Shown piece by piece: positions 10,111-20,451 of a stretch of DNA of 64,000 nt. The stretch's first letter is position 1; every line of letters starts with the position of its first letter. Origin of the DNA: Phycisphaerae bacterium (GTDB taxonomy: Bacteria > Planctomycetota > Phycisphaerae > UBA1845); contig CAXXGO010000001.1 of NCBI GenBank assembly GCA_963666835.2, forward strand, positions 512,001 through 576,000, in the 5' to 3' direction. The notes beneath the pieces are model-generated. The model searched no databases and was not told where the DNA came from. It saw nothing but the letters and a program-made list of their open reading frames with translations. Both the position numbers and the translations under genes were made by a program.

Positions 10111-10980
10111 ATGACCATGGTACAGTTGATTCCCAAGTCTACGACGACACAACACAGGCGGAAGGACACTTCAGTGTCACGCGATGCCGCCGTATCACGC
10201 GTTGCAGACAGCTACGAGCTTTATGTCACCCAACACGTGCAATCGGTGTTTCGCCCAGGTGCAAAGTGGAGGTGCCCCGGGGTACAGATTGACGCGGCCG
10301 GGTTCATTAGCGGCCGACCCGGTGGAGATTTCTATATAGCTGCGCTCGGTCCGCACAACGAGGTGTCACTCGCAGTCGGAACCGTCAAGGGCAGTGGGTT
10401 GTTGCCGACGCTGTGCAAAGCGTTGATTGCTGCTCTCATCCATATGCAAGCGCGTCGAGCGTCTCCACCAAGCGTCCTCGTTCAGAAGGTCAGTTCTCTT
10501 TTGTGCGAGTTCAACAAAAATGCGCCGCGCCTCCCGGTCGTCTGCTCCATGTTCACCGTATTGATCGACAGGAGGCGGGAAACGTTTGAGTACTGCAGAG
10601 CTGGCGACTGCCGGCCGTTTCTGCAGACAGAGGACAGTCAGTGGTTCGAGCTTCCTCCCACCTGCCGAGGCCTAGGATGCGCGGCAGAGACAGACACCGA
10701 TGCCCATGCCTTGGTTATGGAGGCAAGCCAGATCGAGCGGCTCGCTGTCATTACTGCCGGTTGCTCAGGTAACGGGAAAGGAACGACTAATAATGTGGGT
10801 GCTGCTCTCCTATCGTCGATCCCTTGTGGATCGGCGAGCCGACAAGTACGCGCCATGTTAGCGAAGATCTGTCCGGAACGGTATCACGGCGCGTGTCCGG
10901 AGCGTGAAGTCTCGGTGGTCGTCGCAGATCTGCGCTACAGTGAAGACTCTGATGCGCCTGCGACAACCAGCCCGTGTTGA
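10111..10980 (+). CDS. SpoIIE/PP2C-family phosphatase-like protein, catalytically degenerate
   Basis: GGDFY and 'Y.RAG..P' motifs retained; other metal-binding Asp positions substituted. Confidence 0.65.
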   Translation: MTMVQLIPKSTTTQHRRKDTSVSRDAAVSRVADSYELYVTQHVQSVFRPGAKWRCPGVQIDAAGFISGRPGGDFYIAALGPHNEVSLAVGTVKGSGLLPTLCKALIAALIHMQARRASPPSVLVQKVSSLLCEFNKNAPRLPVVCSMFTVLIDRRRETFEYCRAGDCRPFLQTEDSQWFELPPTCRGLGCAAETDTDAHALVMEASQIERLAVITAGCSGNGKGTTNNVGAALLSSIPCGSASRQVRAMLAKICPERYHGACPEREVSVVVADLRYSEDSDAPATTSPC

Positions 10981-11072
10981 GGCGAGCGAACGCGTCAAGA
11001 CATCATGGAAGTCTGAACCAGTTTGGCGGACAGGTGGTGTCAGCCTGTCCCCGCATGGTGAGGTATAATGCG

Positions 11073-12545
11073 ATGAGAGTGTTGATGGTCTCAACGGCTA
11101 CGCCGAACACCTTCTGGAGCTACAAGCACGTCCTGTCGTTCATCTCAAAGAAGTCGTGTTTTCCGCCGCTGGGTTTGTTGACCGTCGCGGCGATGCTCCC
11201 AAAGCGCTGGGACCTCAAGCTCGTCGATCTCAACGTTACATCGCTCACCGACGCACAACTCGCGTGGGCGGATTACGTGTTTGTCTCGGCCATGCTCGTG
11301 CAGGCCGATTCCGCGCGGGAAGTCATCGCCCGGTGCAGCGAGCTGGGCAAGACCGTCGTTGCCGGCGGCCCCCTGTTCACCACCGGCCACGCGGGATTCC
11401 CCGAGGTGAAGCACTTCGTCCTCGGCGAGGCAGAAGACATTATGCCCGAACTCGTGGCTGACATGGTCTCCGGAAAGCTCAGGAAGTACTACCGTTGTGA
11501 AGAACGGCCCGATATTTGGAAGACGCCGGTACCCCGGTGGGACTTGATCAACCTCAAGCACTACGTCCTGATGCCGCTTCAGTTTTCGCGCGGCTGCCCG
11601 TTTGATTGCGAGTTCTGCGACATCATCGTGATGAACGGCCGAGTACCGCGCCTGAAAAGCAACGAGCAGATGATCCGCGAACTGGAGAGCCTTGTGGACG
11701 CAGGCTGGACCGACCCGATATTCATTGTGGACGACAACTTCATTGGAAATAGGACAAAGGTAAAGGCGTTCCTTCGTGAACTCATCGTGTGGCAGCAGCA
11801 ACGCAGCATCCGGCTGCAGTTCACGACTGAGGCCTCGTTGAACCTAGCGGACGATCCGGAACTGCTAGACCTGATGGTTCGTGCGGGCTTCAAGAAGGTC
11901 TTCGTCGGGATCGAAACGCCGCAGGAGGACAGCCTGCTCGAATGTGGAAAAGTCCAGAACGCCAAGCGCGACATGCTCAGCGCCGTCAAGGCGATCCAGA
12001 AGTCCGGTCTCGAGGTGATGGGTGGCTTCATCGTCGGATTCGACAGCGACAAGCCCAACATCTTCGAGCGACAGATCAGGTTTATCCAGGAGGCCGGCGT
12101 CGTGACGGCCATGGTCGGTCTGCTCCAGGCGCTGCCGGGGACGCGGCTCTTTTCGCGGCTCAGCCAGGAAGGTCGCATCCTTCACGACGCGAGCGGAAAC
12201 AACGTCGACGCAAGCCTGAATTTCGTCCCCAAGCTCGATCGCGAAGTGTTGATCGAAGGCTACCGCGCGCTCGTGAAACGCCTATACACGCCGAAGATGT
12301 ACTATCGGCGCATCCTGACGTTCCTGCGCGAGTATCGTCCGCAGGGGCGACGCTTCCACCTATCCTGGTGCGACGCGAAGGCGTTCTTCAAGTCGCTCTT
12401 GGTCATGGGTGTCCTGAGCCGCGGGCGACGGGAGTACTGGAAGTTCTTCACGCAGGCGTTGCTCTTCCACCGCCGCGCTTTCCCGGAGGCTATGACGCTC
12501 GCGATCATCGGATATCACTTTCGGCGCGTCGCGTCGGCGTTGTAG
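11073..12545 (+). CDS. B12-binding radical SAM protein (DUF4070 C-terminus)
   Basis: PPLGLLTVAAML, SRGCPFDCEFC, DDNFIG, GGFIVGFD. Confidence 0.92.
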   Translation: MRVLMVSTATPNTFWSYKHVLSFISKKSCFPPLGLLTVAAMLPKRWDLKLVDLNVTSLTDAQLAWADYVFVSAMLVQADSAREVIARCSELGKTVVAGGPLFTTGHAGFPEVKHFVLGEAEDIMPELVADMVSGKLRKYYRCEERPDIWKTPVPRWDLINLKHYVLMPLQFSRGCPFDCEFCDIIVMNGRVPRLKSNEQMIRELESLVDAGWTDPIFIVDDNFIGNRTKVKAFLRELIVWQQQRSIRLQFTTEASLNLADDPELLDLMVRAGFKKVFVGIETPQEDSLLECGKVQNAKRDMLSAVKAIQKSGLEVMGGFIVGFDSDKPNIFERQIRFIQEAGVVTAMVGLLQALPGTRLFSRLSQEGRILHDASGNNVDASLNFVPKLDREVLIEGYRALVKRLYTPKMYYRRILTFLREYRPQGRRFHLSWCDAKAFFKSLLVMGVLSRGRREYWKFFTQALLFHRRAFPEAMTLAIIGYHFRRVASAL

Positions 12546-12589
12546 AGCGAACCGGGTTCACTCGGAAATGGGGGCCATGAAGGCAGCGG

Positions 12590-12970
12590 CTACGGCTTCT
12601 TCTTCTCGCGCACGAGGGGCGACTCGGCCAGGGTGAAGACCACGATCTCTTCTCCGGTGGTGGTGCTGATGTCGTGGTGGAGGCTCACTACGTTGACGCC
12701 CGTGACCTCCAAGACCATCGATTCCAAGACCGCCCGGGCTGCCTCGATCAGCTGGATCCGCACTTCTTTGAGCAGGGCCCTACCTCTTTCGCTCGAGAGA
12801 GACTGGACGAGGTGCTGCTCGGCCGCGGTCAGAACGCCCACGAGACGGATCACGACGAGATCGCCAATCAGGTGGGACTGGATATTCTTCGGCCCGCGGC
12901 CCATGAACTCCTGTTCAAAACGCCTGATGCCCTCGCCAATGGCAGCCTCGATCTCTCCCTGTGTTTTCAT
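12590..12970 (-). CDS. DUF2294 / MpsC-family protein (subtype A, 'MKTQGEIEAA')
   Basis: 'FEQEFMGRGP...GVLTAAEQHL...LLKEVR...VVSLHHDISTTTGEEIVVFTL'. Confidence 0.88.
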   Translation of the reverse strand: MKTQGEIEAAIGEGIRRFEQEFMGRGPKNIQSHLIGDLVVIRLVGVLTAAEQHLVQSLSSERGRALLKEVRIQLIEAARAVLESMVLEVTGVNVVSLHHDISTTTGEEIVVFTLAESPLVREKKKP

Positions 12971-13199
12971 CGTGACCTCCAGCCTGCCCCGCGTAGCGGT
13001 CGGTTCTGGCACAGCTGAGATGTTCACTCGGCCACTAGCGCGACCCTCTGATCCCGTAACCTGCAGAACACGATATCGACCACCGGGCAATAAACCTACT
13101 CATTCTTGAGGAATCCGGCAACCATCGGCGCGCCGATGTAGTATACTATAGTAGTGAGCGAGGTCGCTGTGCGCTCTACGGCGGCTCCGGTCGAGGTTT

Positions 13200-13304
13200 T
13201 CGGATGACTTAATGAAGGGCAACCCGGCGCTGCCGGGGCGTCCGTTGAAGAGTAAGCCGACGTGGTTGAGCACCTTTGGGTGCTTGGCCGCGTCGGCTTT
13301 TTTT
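13200..13304 (+). ncRNA. Repeated cis-regulatory leader, copy 2 (terminator 13256-13304)
   Basis: Same motif as copy 1; TATACT at 13142-13147; upstream of hsp20 pair, divergent from DUF2294. Confidence 0.85.
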
Positions 13305-13362
13305 GTTCTTGGCGGCCGCGGTGGTGCGGACGAACGATCCTTTCGCAGAAAGGTGCAGAGAC

Positions 13363-13812
13363 ATGTTAAGAACCCGATGGCATCCTTTGGGCGTGGTGTG
13401 GCCGGAGATGAACCGTCTGCCGGCGGAAATGGAGCATAGGTTAGGCCGTTTTGTGATGAACGACCCGAGGCGGCTTGCCCACAGCGCCTATCCGCCGCTC
13501 AACCTCTGGGAGGACGACAACAACCTGTACGTCGAAGCGGAACTTCCCGAGCTTGAGGTGACCGACCTGGAGATCTTTGTCAAAGGCGACAACGAGCTGT
13601 CGATCAAAGGCGAGCGCAAGCAACCCGAACTGGGAGAGGGCAAGTGGCATCGTCGGGAGCGAGGCCATGGTGAGTTCTCGCGGGTGGGCGTGTTGCCTCA
13701 CTACGTGGACAGCGACAAGGTCACGGCCAAATTCAGGCACGGTGTGTTGACCATCACGTTGCCGAAGCGAAAGGAGGCCCAGGCGCGGCGAATCGAGGCC
13801 AAAGCCACCTAA
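13363..13812 (+). CDS. Hsp20/alpha-crystallin small heat-shock protein
   Basis: YPPLNLWED, AELP, LSIKGERK, GVLTITLPK, C-terminal I-x-A. Confidence 0.93.
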   Translation: MLRTRWHPLGVVWPEMNRLPAEMEHRLGRFVMNDPRRLAHSAYPPLNLWEDDNNLYVEAELPELEVTDLEIFVKGDNELSIKGERKQPELGEGKWHRRERGHGEFSRVGVLPHYVDSDKVTAKFRHGVLTITLPKRKEAQARRIEAKAT

Positions 13813-13971
13813 TTCCGACACCGGCCGCGTCTCGCCCGCCTTCCACGTCGGCAGGTTGGGTCGAAAGTGGCCATGTCACGGGAGGTGGGCCTCGACACGA
13901 AATCGGCGGTCAATGCGAGCGCGAAACAACGTTTTGGAACGTATTTTCTTGACAAAGTGGAGGTGCAAACC

Positions 13972-14367
13972 ATGACACCAACCTTAACGACGGAAGAAAC
14001 CCACAGCGACGTTGCCCCCGTGGAACGTACACTCGGTGGGATTACTTTCAGTCCCCGGTTCGACATCTGGGAGAACGACGACGAGACGATTCTGTACGGC
14101 GATCTACCCGGTGTCATGCCGAGGGATTTGGATGTTAGCTTCGAAAAGCCCGTGCTGACGATTCACGGCAAAGTCAGTCCGCGCCACGATGACATCAAGT
14201 TCCTGCACGGCGAATACGGAATCGGCGATTTTCACCGTACGTTCACCATCGGCGAAGCGATCGACACGGAGAGGATCTCCGCCGAATTCAAGAACGGTGT
14301 CCTGACCGTGCATTTGCCGAAGGACGAGAAGGTGAAACCGCGTGAGATCGAGGTCAAATGCCGCTGA
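13972..14367 (+). CDS. Hsp20/alpha-crystallin small heat-shock protein
   Basis: P.FDIWE, DLPGV, NGVLTVHLPK, IEV; RBS GGAGG. Confidence 0.93.
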   Translation: MTPTLTTEETHSDVAPVERTLGGITFSPRFDIWENDDETILYGDLPGVMPRDLDVSFEKPVLTIHGKVSPRHDDIKFLHGEYGIGDFHRTFTIGEAIDTERISAEFKNGVLTVHLPKDEKVKPREIEVKCR

Positions 14368-14616
14368 TGCAAAGACCTCTGAGGAATCGTATCTGGTTCG
14401 AAATCGGAGCCGCTGGCGCCGAAGGCAAAGGACGCTGCGCTGAGCCCTCCTCGTGTCACCACAATGAAAGGTCTTCCAGTTGCTCCATTCTGATCATCCT
14501 GCTGCCTACGGGACGCACGTGATCACCAGCGCAGCGAGATCGTCTGCGCTCAAGAAGGAGGTCTGGTTATGACTCGATTCGCTTGGATGACTGATTGATC
14601 TAAAAGGAGAATCTTC

Positions 14617-15603
14617 ATGGATCCTATCGTGTATGCAGTGATCTTCGCCGTTGTCGTTCCTTTAGTGGTCTTTTTCTCGGGCATCAGGCTTGTTCGTCCA
14701 ACACACAAGGGACTCGTCGAGAGGCTCGGCAGGTACCGGCGCTTCGCGAATCCGGGTTTCAACTGGATCATCCCTGTCATTGACAGAATGATCAAGGTCA
14801 ACACGACGGAGCAGATGGTTGATGCCCAGCCGCAAGAGATCATCACCAACGACAATCTCAACGCCAGGGTGGATGCCCAAGTCTACTTCAAAGTGAAGGA
14901 CGACGAGGAAAGCGTCAAGAGTTCCCAGTACCACGTCAACAACTACCAGAGTCAGATTGTCAGCCTGGCTCGGACGACACTCCGCAATATCATCGGCACG
15001 TTAACCCTGAAATCCGCCAACAGCGAACGAGACAACATCAACGGTGCGCTTCTGACTACGTTGAGCAAGGAAACCATGAGCTGGGGAATGGCGATTGTCA
15101 GGACCGAACTGAAGGAAATCGACCCTCCCAAGGATGTCCAGGAGACGATGAACAAGGTTGTCAAAGCGGAGAACGAGAAGGTAGCCGCCTTGGATTTCGC
15201 CAACGCGGTCGAGAGACAGGCGGATGGGGAAAAGAGGGCGGAGATCAAGAAGGCCGAAGGCATCAGGCAGGCCAAGATTCTTGCGGCGGAGGGCGAGGCC
15301 CAGGCAATAAAGCTCGTGAATGAGGCGGCGAACACATACTTCATTGGAAACGCACAGCTTCTGAGGAAGCTGGAGGCCCTCGAGAGCTCATTGAGCCACA
15401 ATGCCAAGATCGTCATTCCGTCAGGCTGTGAACTGGTCAATGTCATCGGAGAGATGGCCGGCGTTTTGCCGCTGGCGGGCGGAAACGGACGACGCCGAAG
15501 CGAAGACGGAAAACACGGGTCCGCGGAGTTGGCGCGGGCGGCCCAGCGGGTGGTCAAGCCTTCTGTTATGAGGGAGGAGGTCCGCTCGCAGCCTGCGCTG
15601 TAG
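14617..15603 (+). CDS. SPFH (band 7/stomatin-like) membrane protein
   Basis: N-terminal TM segment, LVERLG, IIPVID, ARTTLRNIIG, IDPP. Confidence 0.92.
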   Translation: MDPIVYAVIFAVVVPLVVFFSGIRLVRPTHKGLVERLGRYRRFANPGFNWIIPVIDRMIKVNTTEQMVDAQPQEIITNDNLNARVDAQVYFKVKDDEESVKSSQYHVNNYQSQIVSLARTTLRNIIGTLTLKSANSERDNINGALLTTLSKETMSWGMAIVRTELKEIDPPKDVQETMNKVVKAENEKVAALDFANAVERQADGEKRAEIKKAEGIRQAKILAAEGEAQAIKLVNEAANTYFIGNAQLLRKLEALESSLSHNAKIVIPSGCELVNVIGEMAGVLPLAGGNGRRRSEDGKHGSAELARAAQRVVKPSVMREEVRSQPAL

Positions 15604-15685
15604 ATGCTGGTCGGCATTCATGCGGTCAGTAGAGGATGTACGGAGCCACCGGTGACGTTTGATTCGGCTCCGATCACAGTCTGAG

Positions 15686-15788
15686 TCGGATGACTTAATG
15701 AAGGGCAACCTGGCCGTGCCGGGGGGCTCGTTGAAGAGTAAGCCGGCGTGGTCAGACACCTTATGGTGTCCCACCGCGCCGGCTTTTT
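15686..15788 (+). ncRNA. Repeated cis-regulatory leader, copy 3 (terminator 15742-15788), intra-operonic
   Basis: Same motif with compensatory changes in the terminator stem; directly upstream of DUF2294. Confidence 0.85.
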
Positions 15789-15836
15789 CTCGCTTGCAGT
15801 GGTAGTGGACGGCCGTAGCGGCCAGGGAGGAACGCC

Positions 15837-16256
15837 ATGGACAAACCCAATTCAACAATGGCGCGCCAGATTGCCCAGGCGGCCAGTGTTTTCGAGCAGC
15901 AGAGGACGGGCAACACACCCAAGTCCGTGACCGTGGTGCTGAGCGACACCACGCTGGTGATCACGCTGCACGGGGCCTTGTCGGAGGCCGAGAAGGCCCT
16001 GGCGAGAAGTCCCGAGGGTGCCGCTCAGATACAAGACTTTCACCGACAGCTGTTCGCCAACGCCTCCGAGTCGTTGCGACAGGAGATCAAGAGGATTACT
16101 GGCGTGGAGGTGCGTGAGGCTACCGCGGAAGTCGAGCCGGCTACCGGCACCGTGGTAGGCGTGTTCACAAGCGGCACGACGGTACAGGTATACCAGCTCG
16201 CGCATGGCGTACCCACGGACACCTGGAACGGGAGTGAACGAGGCGACCAATCATGA
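15837..16256 (+). CDS. DUF2294 / MpsC-family protein (subtype B, 'MARQIAQAA')
   Basis: 'FEQQRTGNTPKSVTVVLSDTTLVITLHGALSEAEKALA...EIKRITGVEV'. Confidence 0.85.
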   Translation: MDKPNSTMARQIAQAASVFEQQRTGNTPKSVTVVLSDTTLVITLHGALSEAEKALARSPEGAAQIQDFHRQLFANASESLRQEIKRITGVEVREATAEVEPATGTVVGVFTSGTTVQVYQLAHGVPTDTWNGSERGDQS

Positions 16257-16491
16257 GATCGGGGGTTCTACCACGTTCCTTTTGTCGAGGAAGAACCGTA
16301 AATCCGTGGTTGCCGGATGTTCCAACTGCGTCGGGCGCCTTCTGCGGATCATGGTGCTCGTGTTTTATGACGGGACCGCAAGTCCGGGCTTTGAAGCCGG
16401 TGACGGTTTCCCTGTCCATCGTTGGGAGGTGTGCGAACGGATTCGCGCCGGTGTCGGGCTGGAAGCAGGTTGACTGACAAGGAGAACACCG

Positions 16492-16935
16492 ATGGGTAAG
16501 ACGAACGTCGAACGACGAAACCACGCGTGGTTTGCCCTGGCAGACGCAGAGCATTGTCGGCTCTTGTGCTGCCGCTTGACTGAACAAGGCACGCCACACG
16601 TTGACGAGTATGAAGCGATCGAGAACAAGTTTCCAGAACGTGAACACCTGCGGCCGCAGACCGGGGACGGCATGACCCATGATGTCGAGGAGAAGGAGCG
16701 ACGTTTCACGGGGAAGATCGTGGAAAGGTTGCAGGAGAACGCCAAGAAGCACGAGATCGATTGCCTGGTCATCTTCGCGCCCGCTCGCATGCTCGGCGAA
16801 CTCCGGAAGGCTTCCTCCCGACTGCTACCGGGACACCTTAAGGAACTCGAAGGCAATCTGATGCGCCTCGATGCCGGCCAGTTGGCAGAACATCCGATGG
16901 TCCGCGACCTGGTGCGGACCACGCAAGAGCCATGA
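16492..16935 (+). CDS. Host-attachment/baeRF12-like protein
   Basis: N-terminal 'W..LADA..CRL', 'ERRF...I.E.L', 'LVIFAPARMLGELRK'. Confidence 0.7.
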   Translation: MGKTNVERRNHAWFALADAEHCRLLCCRLTEQGTPHVDEYEAIENKFPEREHLRPQTGDGMTHDVEEKERRFTGKIVERLQENAKKHEIDCLVIFAPARMLGELRKASSRLLPGHLKELEGNLMRLDAGQLAEHPMVRDLVRTTQEP

Positions 16936-17100
16936 TGTTCGGAGCCGTAATCATGAGCACGCTCTGCGGGGCGAACCGGTGGCCGTATGCAATCCGCATT
17001 GTGAGGACGTTGAGGGCTTGAACAGACACGGAGACCAGCTCATGCAACAACGAAAATCTGGAATTGGAGCGGAGCTGCGACATCACATGGAGTGCCTTTG

Positions 17101-19680
17101 ATGAACGAGTTGACCACGGGTCCGGAACCGGCCGGCGTTGCACGTTCTGCCGGAAACAACGGCAAAGGTGACCGCAACCGCATCGCTTTCGTCGGCAACT
17201 ACGTGCCGCGGTGCTGCGGTATCGCCACCTTCACAACTGATCTATGTGCCGCGTTGAGCGGCAATGGGACCGAGTGTCTGGCGGTCGCGATGAATGATCG
17301 CCTGGAGCGCTACGACTATCCATCCCCGGTGCGCTTCACCATCGAACAGAATGACTTGGCATGCTATCGCCGTGCCGCCCAGTTTCTCAACAATCGCGCC
17401 GATGCCATCAGCCTTCAACATGAGTACGGCATCTATGGAGGTCCGGCCGGCAGTCACATCCTGACGGTCCTGGCCGAGCTGCGCGCCCGCGTCGTGACCA
17501 CGCTGCACACGGTGCTGCGCGAGCCGACGACCGAACAGCGAGAGGTGCTCGAACGAGTGGGTGGCCTCTCCGACCGCGTGGTTGTGATGAGTCGCCGAGG
17601 CGCGGAGTTCCTCCACGAAATCTACCGTATCCCCACAGAGAAGATCGACTTCATCCCCCACGGTGTGCCCGACTTCGCCTTCGTCGATCCAAGCTTCCAT
17701 AAGGAGCAATTCGGGGTGCCGGGCAAATCGGTGCTGATGACCTTCGGCCTGCTCGGCCCAGGCAAAGGCCTGGAGAGCGTCATTCGCGCGTTGCCGGCGA
17801 TCATCGCTCGCTTTCCGAACGTGGTGTACCTCGTCGTAGGTGCTACGCACCCCCACGTGTTGAGTCAGCAGGGTGATATCTACCGTATGAGCCTGCATCG
17901 GCTGGCCCGGGAACTCGGCGTCGAGCAGCACGTAGTCTTCCACAATCGTTTCGTCGATCACCAGGAACTGACGGAATTTATGGGTGCCGCCGACATCTAC
18001 ATCTCGCCCTACGAGCACGAAGCCCAGATTACGTCGGGGACCCTCGCGTGGGCGGTCGGTGCTGGCAAGGCCGTAGTCTCTACCCCTTACTGGTATGCCC
18101 AGGAACTGCTGTCGGACAAGCGTGGCGTGCTCGTGCCGTTCAAAGACCCGGCAGCAACCGCCGAGGCAGTGAATCGTCTATTGGAAGACGACGAGGAACG
18201 AAACGCGATGCGAAAACGGGCGTACCTGTTCGGGCGCGAGATGACTTGGCCCAATGTCGCCCGTGCGTACTTGGACTCCTTTGCGCGTGCCCGTGAGCAG
18301 AGTGCGCACCACCTCCACGTACTCCGCGCCTTTGCCCCGCAGCCGCTCATGGGGGACGTGCTGCCCGAAATACGGTTGCAGCACCTAAAACGCCTCACGG
18401 ATGGCACTGGGGTACTCCAGCATGCGCGTTTCTCGGTCCCCAGTTATCGAGAGGGGCATACCACCGACGACAATGCCCGGGCGCTGCTCCTGATGGCCCT
18501 CCTGGAGCAACTGGGCGAGCTGCCGTCCGACGAGATCGAAGATCTGACCACGCGCTATCTGGCCTTCCTCGACTATGCTTTTGCCGCTGACACCGGACGC
18601 TTTCGGAACTTTCTGGCATACGGGCCACGGCGCTCGCCCGAAGGAGTCGGCTCGGAAGACTGTCACGGGCGCGCCCTGCGGGGACTGGGGGCGTTGGTGC
18701 GGCGTACCAACCGACCTGGGTTGCGAGGCGCAGCCGTCAACCTGTTTAGCGCGGCGCTGCCCGCCGCGCTAGAGCTAGAGTCGCCGCGTGCCTTGGCTTT
18801 CACTCTGCTCGGGATACACGATTACCTGCGTTGGCTCTCGGGCGACCGCGCCGCGGAGGAAGCTGGCCAACGGCTCACCAGCCGACTCGTAACCCTTTAC
18901 CACGAAACAAGTCAGAAGGGTTGGACCTGGTTTGAAGACTCTCTGACCTATGCCAACGCGTGTCTGCCCGAGGCGCTGCTAGTCGCAGGCGAATCCCTGG
19001 GCGAGAGCCAAAGCACAGAAATCGGCTTGGCAACGCTCGACTGGCTGATGAGCGTGCAGCGTGCAGTGGGAGGACACTTCGTGCCCGTTGGCTCAAATGG
19101 ATTCTACAAGCGCGGAGGCACACGCGCCTGCTTCGATCAGCAGCCCATCGAGGCCTGCGTCTCGGTTTCTGCCTGTCTGACAGCCCAGCGAATCACCGGC
19201 GACTTGCATTGGCGGCGGGAGGCGGAGCGAGCTTTCGAATGGTTCCTGGGCCGAAACGATCTGGGGTTGCCGCTATGCGACCTCCGAACAGGCGCGTGCT
19301 ATGACGGCCTGTGTCCAGATCAGGTAAACGCCAATCAGGGTTCCGAGTCGACACTGGCGTATCTCGTGGCCTTGGCGGAAATGCGGCTCGCCGACCAAGC
19401 GAGCGTTCTGCCCTGCGATGCAGAGTCGGCTGCCAGTGCGTCACCCTCAGACCTGGAAGCACATCGTGTCAGACAATCGTTACGAAATACTGTTTCATCG
19501 CCAGTCGTAGAACCCGACCGTGACGCCGATGCTGGTGTCATATGTGATCAGCTCGCCGTTCAATCCCGGCGTGACGCGTCTGACGATTCTAGAGAAGAGA
19601 ACAGAGTCATATGTCAAAGCCAAGAAGTCCCAGCACCCAGCGCGATTGCGCGTTCAGGAAGAACGAGCGTGAGCAAGTGA
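17101..19680 (+). CDS. GT4 glycosyltransferase fused to a glycoside-hydrolase-like C-terminal domain
   Basis: PRCCGIATFT, QHEYGIYGG, TFGLL..GKG, SGTLA; C-terminal TDDNARA, DQQPIEA, NANQGSES. Confidence 0.88.
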   Translation: MNELTTGPEPAGVARSAGNNGKGDRNRIAFVGNYVPRCCGIATFTTDLCAALSGNGTECLAVAMNDRLERYDYPSPVRFTIEQNDLACYRRAAQFLNNRADAISLQHEYGIYGGPAGSHILTVLAELRARVVTTLHTVLREPTTEQREVLERVGGLSDRVVVMSRRGAEFLHEIYRIPTEKIDFIPHGVPDFAFVDPSFHKEQFGVPGKSVLMTFGLLGPGKGLESVIRALPAIIARFPNVVYLVVGATHPHVLSQQGDIYRMSLHRLARELGVEQHVVFHNRFVDHQELTEFMGAADIYISPYEHEAQITSGTLAWAVGAGKAVVSTPYWYAQELLSDKRGVLVPFKDPAATAEAVNRLLEDDEERNAMRKRAYLFGREMTWPNVARAYLDSFARAREQSAHHLHVLRAFAPQPLMGDVLPEIRLQHLKRLTDGTGVLQHARFSVPSYREGHTTDDNARALLLMALLEQLGELPSDEIEDLTTRYLAFLDYAFAADTGRFRNFLAYGPRRSPEGVGSEDCHGRALRGLGALVRRTNRPGLRGAAVNLFSAALPAALELESPRALAFTLLGIHDYLRWLSGDRAAEEAGQRLTSRLVTLYHETSQKGWTWFEDSLTYANACLPEALLVAGESLGESQSTEIGLATLDWLMSVQRAVGGHFVPVGSNGFYKRGGTRACFDQQPIEACVSVSACLTAQRITGDLHWRREAERAFEWFLGRNDLGLPLCDLRTGACYDGLCPDQVNANQGSESTLAYLVALAEMRLADQASVLPCDAESAASASPSDLEAHRVRQSLRNTVSSPVVEPDRDADAGVICDQLAVQSRRDASDDSREENRVICQSQEVPAPSAIARSGRTSVSK

Positions 19681-20090
19681 AACGCGACAAGGCCGCGCTT
19701 AAACGCCAGCGCCGTGAGAGCAACAAGTGTGCCACGAAGCCACTGACACCCGATGCTGTCCGGGGCACAGAGGCGGACGTCCAACGGTCCGATGACCGGG
19801 ATGCATGCCTTTTGCTACCGGAGGACAGCGAATCGGAGGCTGACGCGCATGTTGGAACCGAGCGTTGTAGTGGATAACGAATCATCGAAGGCGCGATCAC
19901 GAAGCTATCACGTGGCATGCGCGTGGGCTTTTGCAGATGGCTGTTACGGCCATAGAACACACAAGCGCCCGCAACGGGCGGGTGAGTGCTGTTCGGCGGA
20001 CGGATGAGCGAGTGACGTACGCGAGTGGCGTTGGAGAAATACTCATCGCTCATCCCGACACGATTCGGATTAGGCAATAGGAGCAAGAAA

Positions 20091-20402
20091 ATGAAGTTCA
20101 TCGACGTTTTGGCTGTGGTTGTCGTTCTCGTTGGCGCACTGAACTGGGGACTTGTCGGTCTGTTCCAATTCGATCTTGTGGCGGCACTGCTGGGCGACGC
20201 GACGCTGCTGAGTCGATTGGTCTACGTCGTCGTGGGCGTCGCCGGTCTGTTTCTGGCCCTCCAATGGAGGGCCATTCACGATCGCTGGGTGGGCCACGGG
20301 AGAGTGACGGCCGATCTAGCGGATTTGCGTTCTGCCGCTGCCGGTGAGCGGTCGGAGGAAACGGGAGATCGACCGGTAGTCGGTGCCCCGGAATCAGGGT
20401 AG
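20091..20402 (+). CDS. DUF378 small membrane protein
   Basis: 'VGALNWGLVGLFQFDLVA...SRLVYVVVG'. Confidence 0.88.
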   Translation: MKFIDVLAVVVVLVGALNWGLVGLFQFDLVAALLGDATLLSRLVYVVVGVAGLFLALQWRAIHDRWVGHGRVTADLADLRSAAAGERSEETGDRPVVGAPESG

Positions 20403-20451
20403 TCAGCAACCCACGGGGTAGCACCCGTGAAAAGGACGACAGGAGACTAGC

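Noticed and set aside
11064..11069. TATAAT just before the radical SAM gene as a leaderless promoter
   Set aside because: Only 3 nt separate it from the ATG and no -35 or extended -10 supports it.
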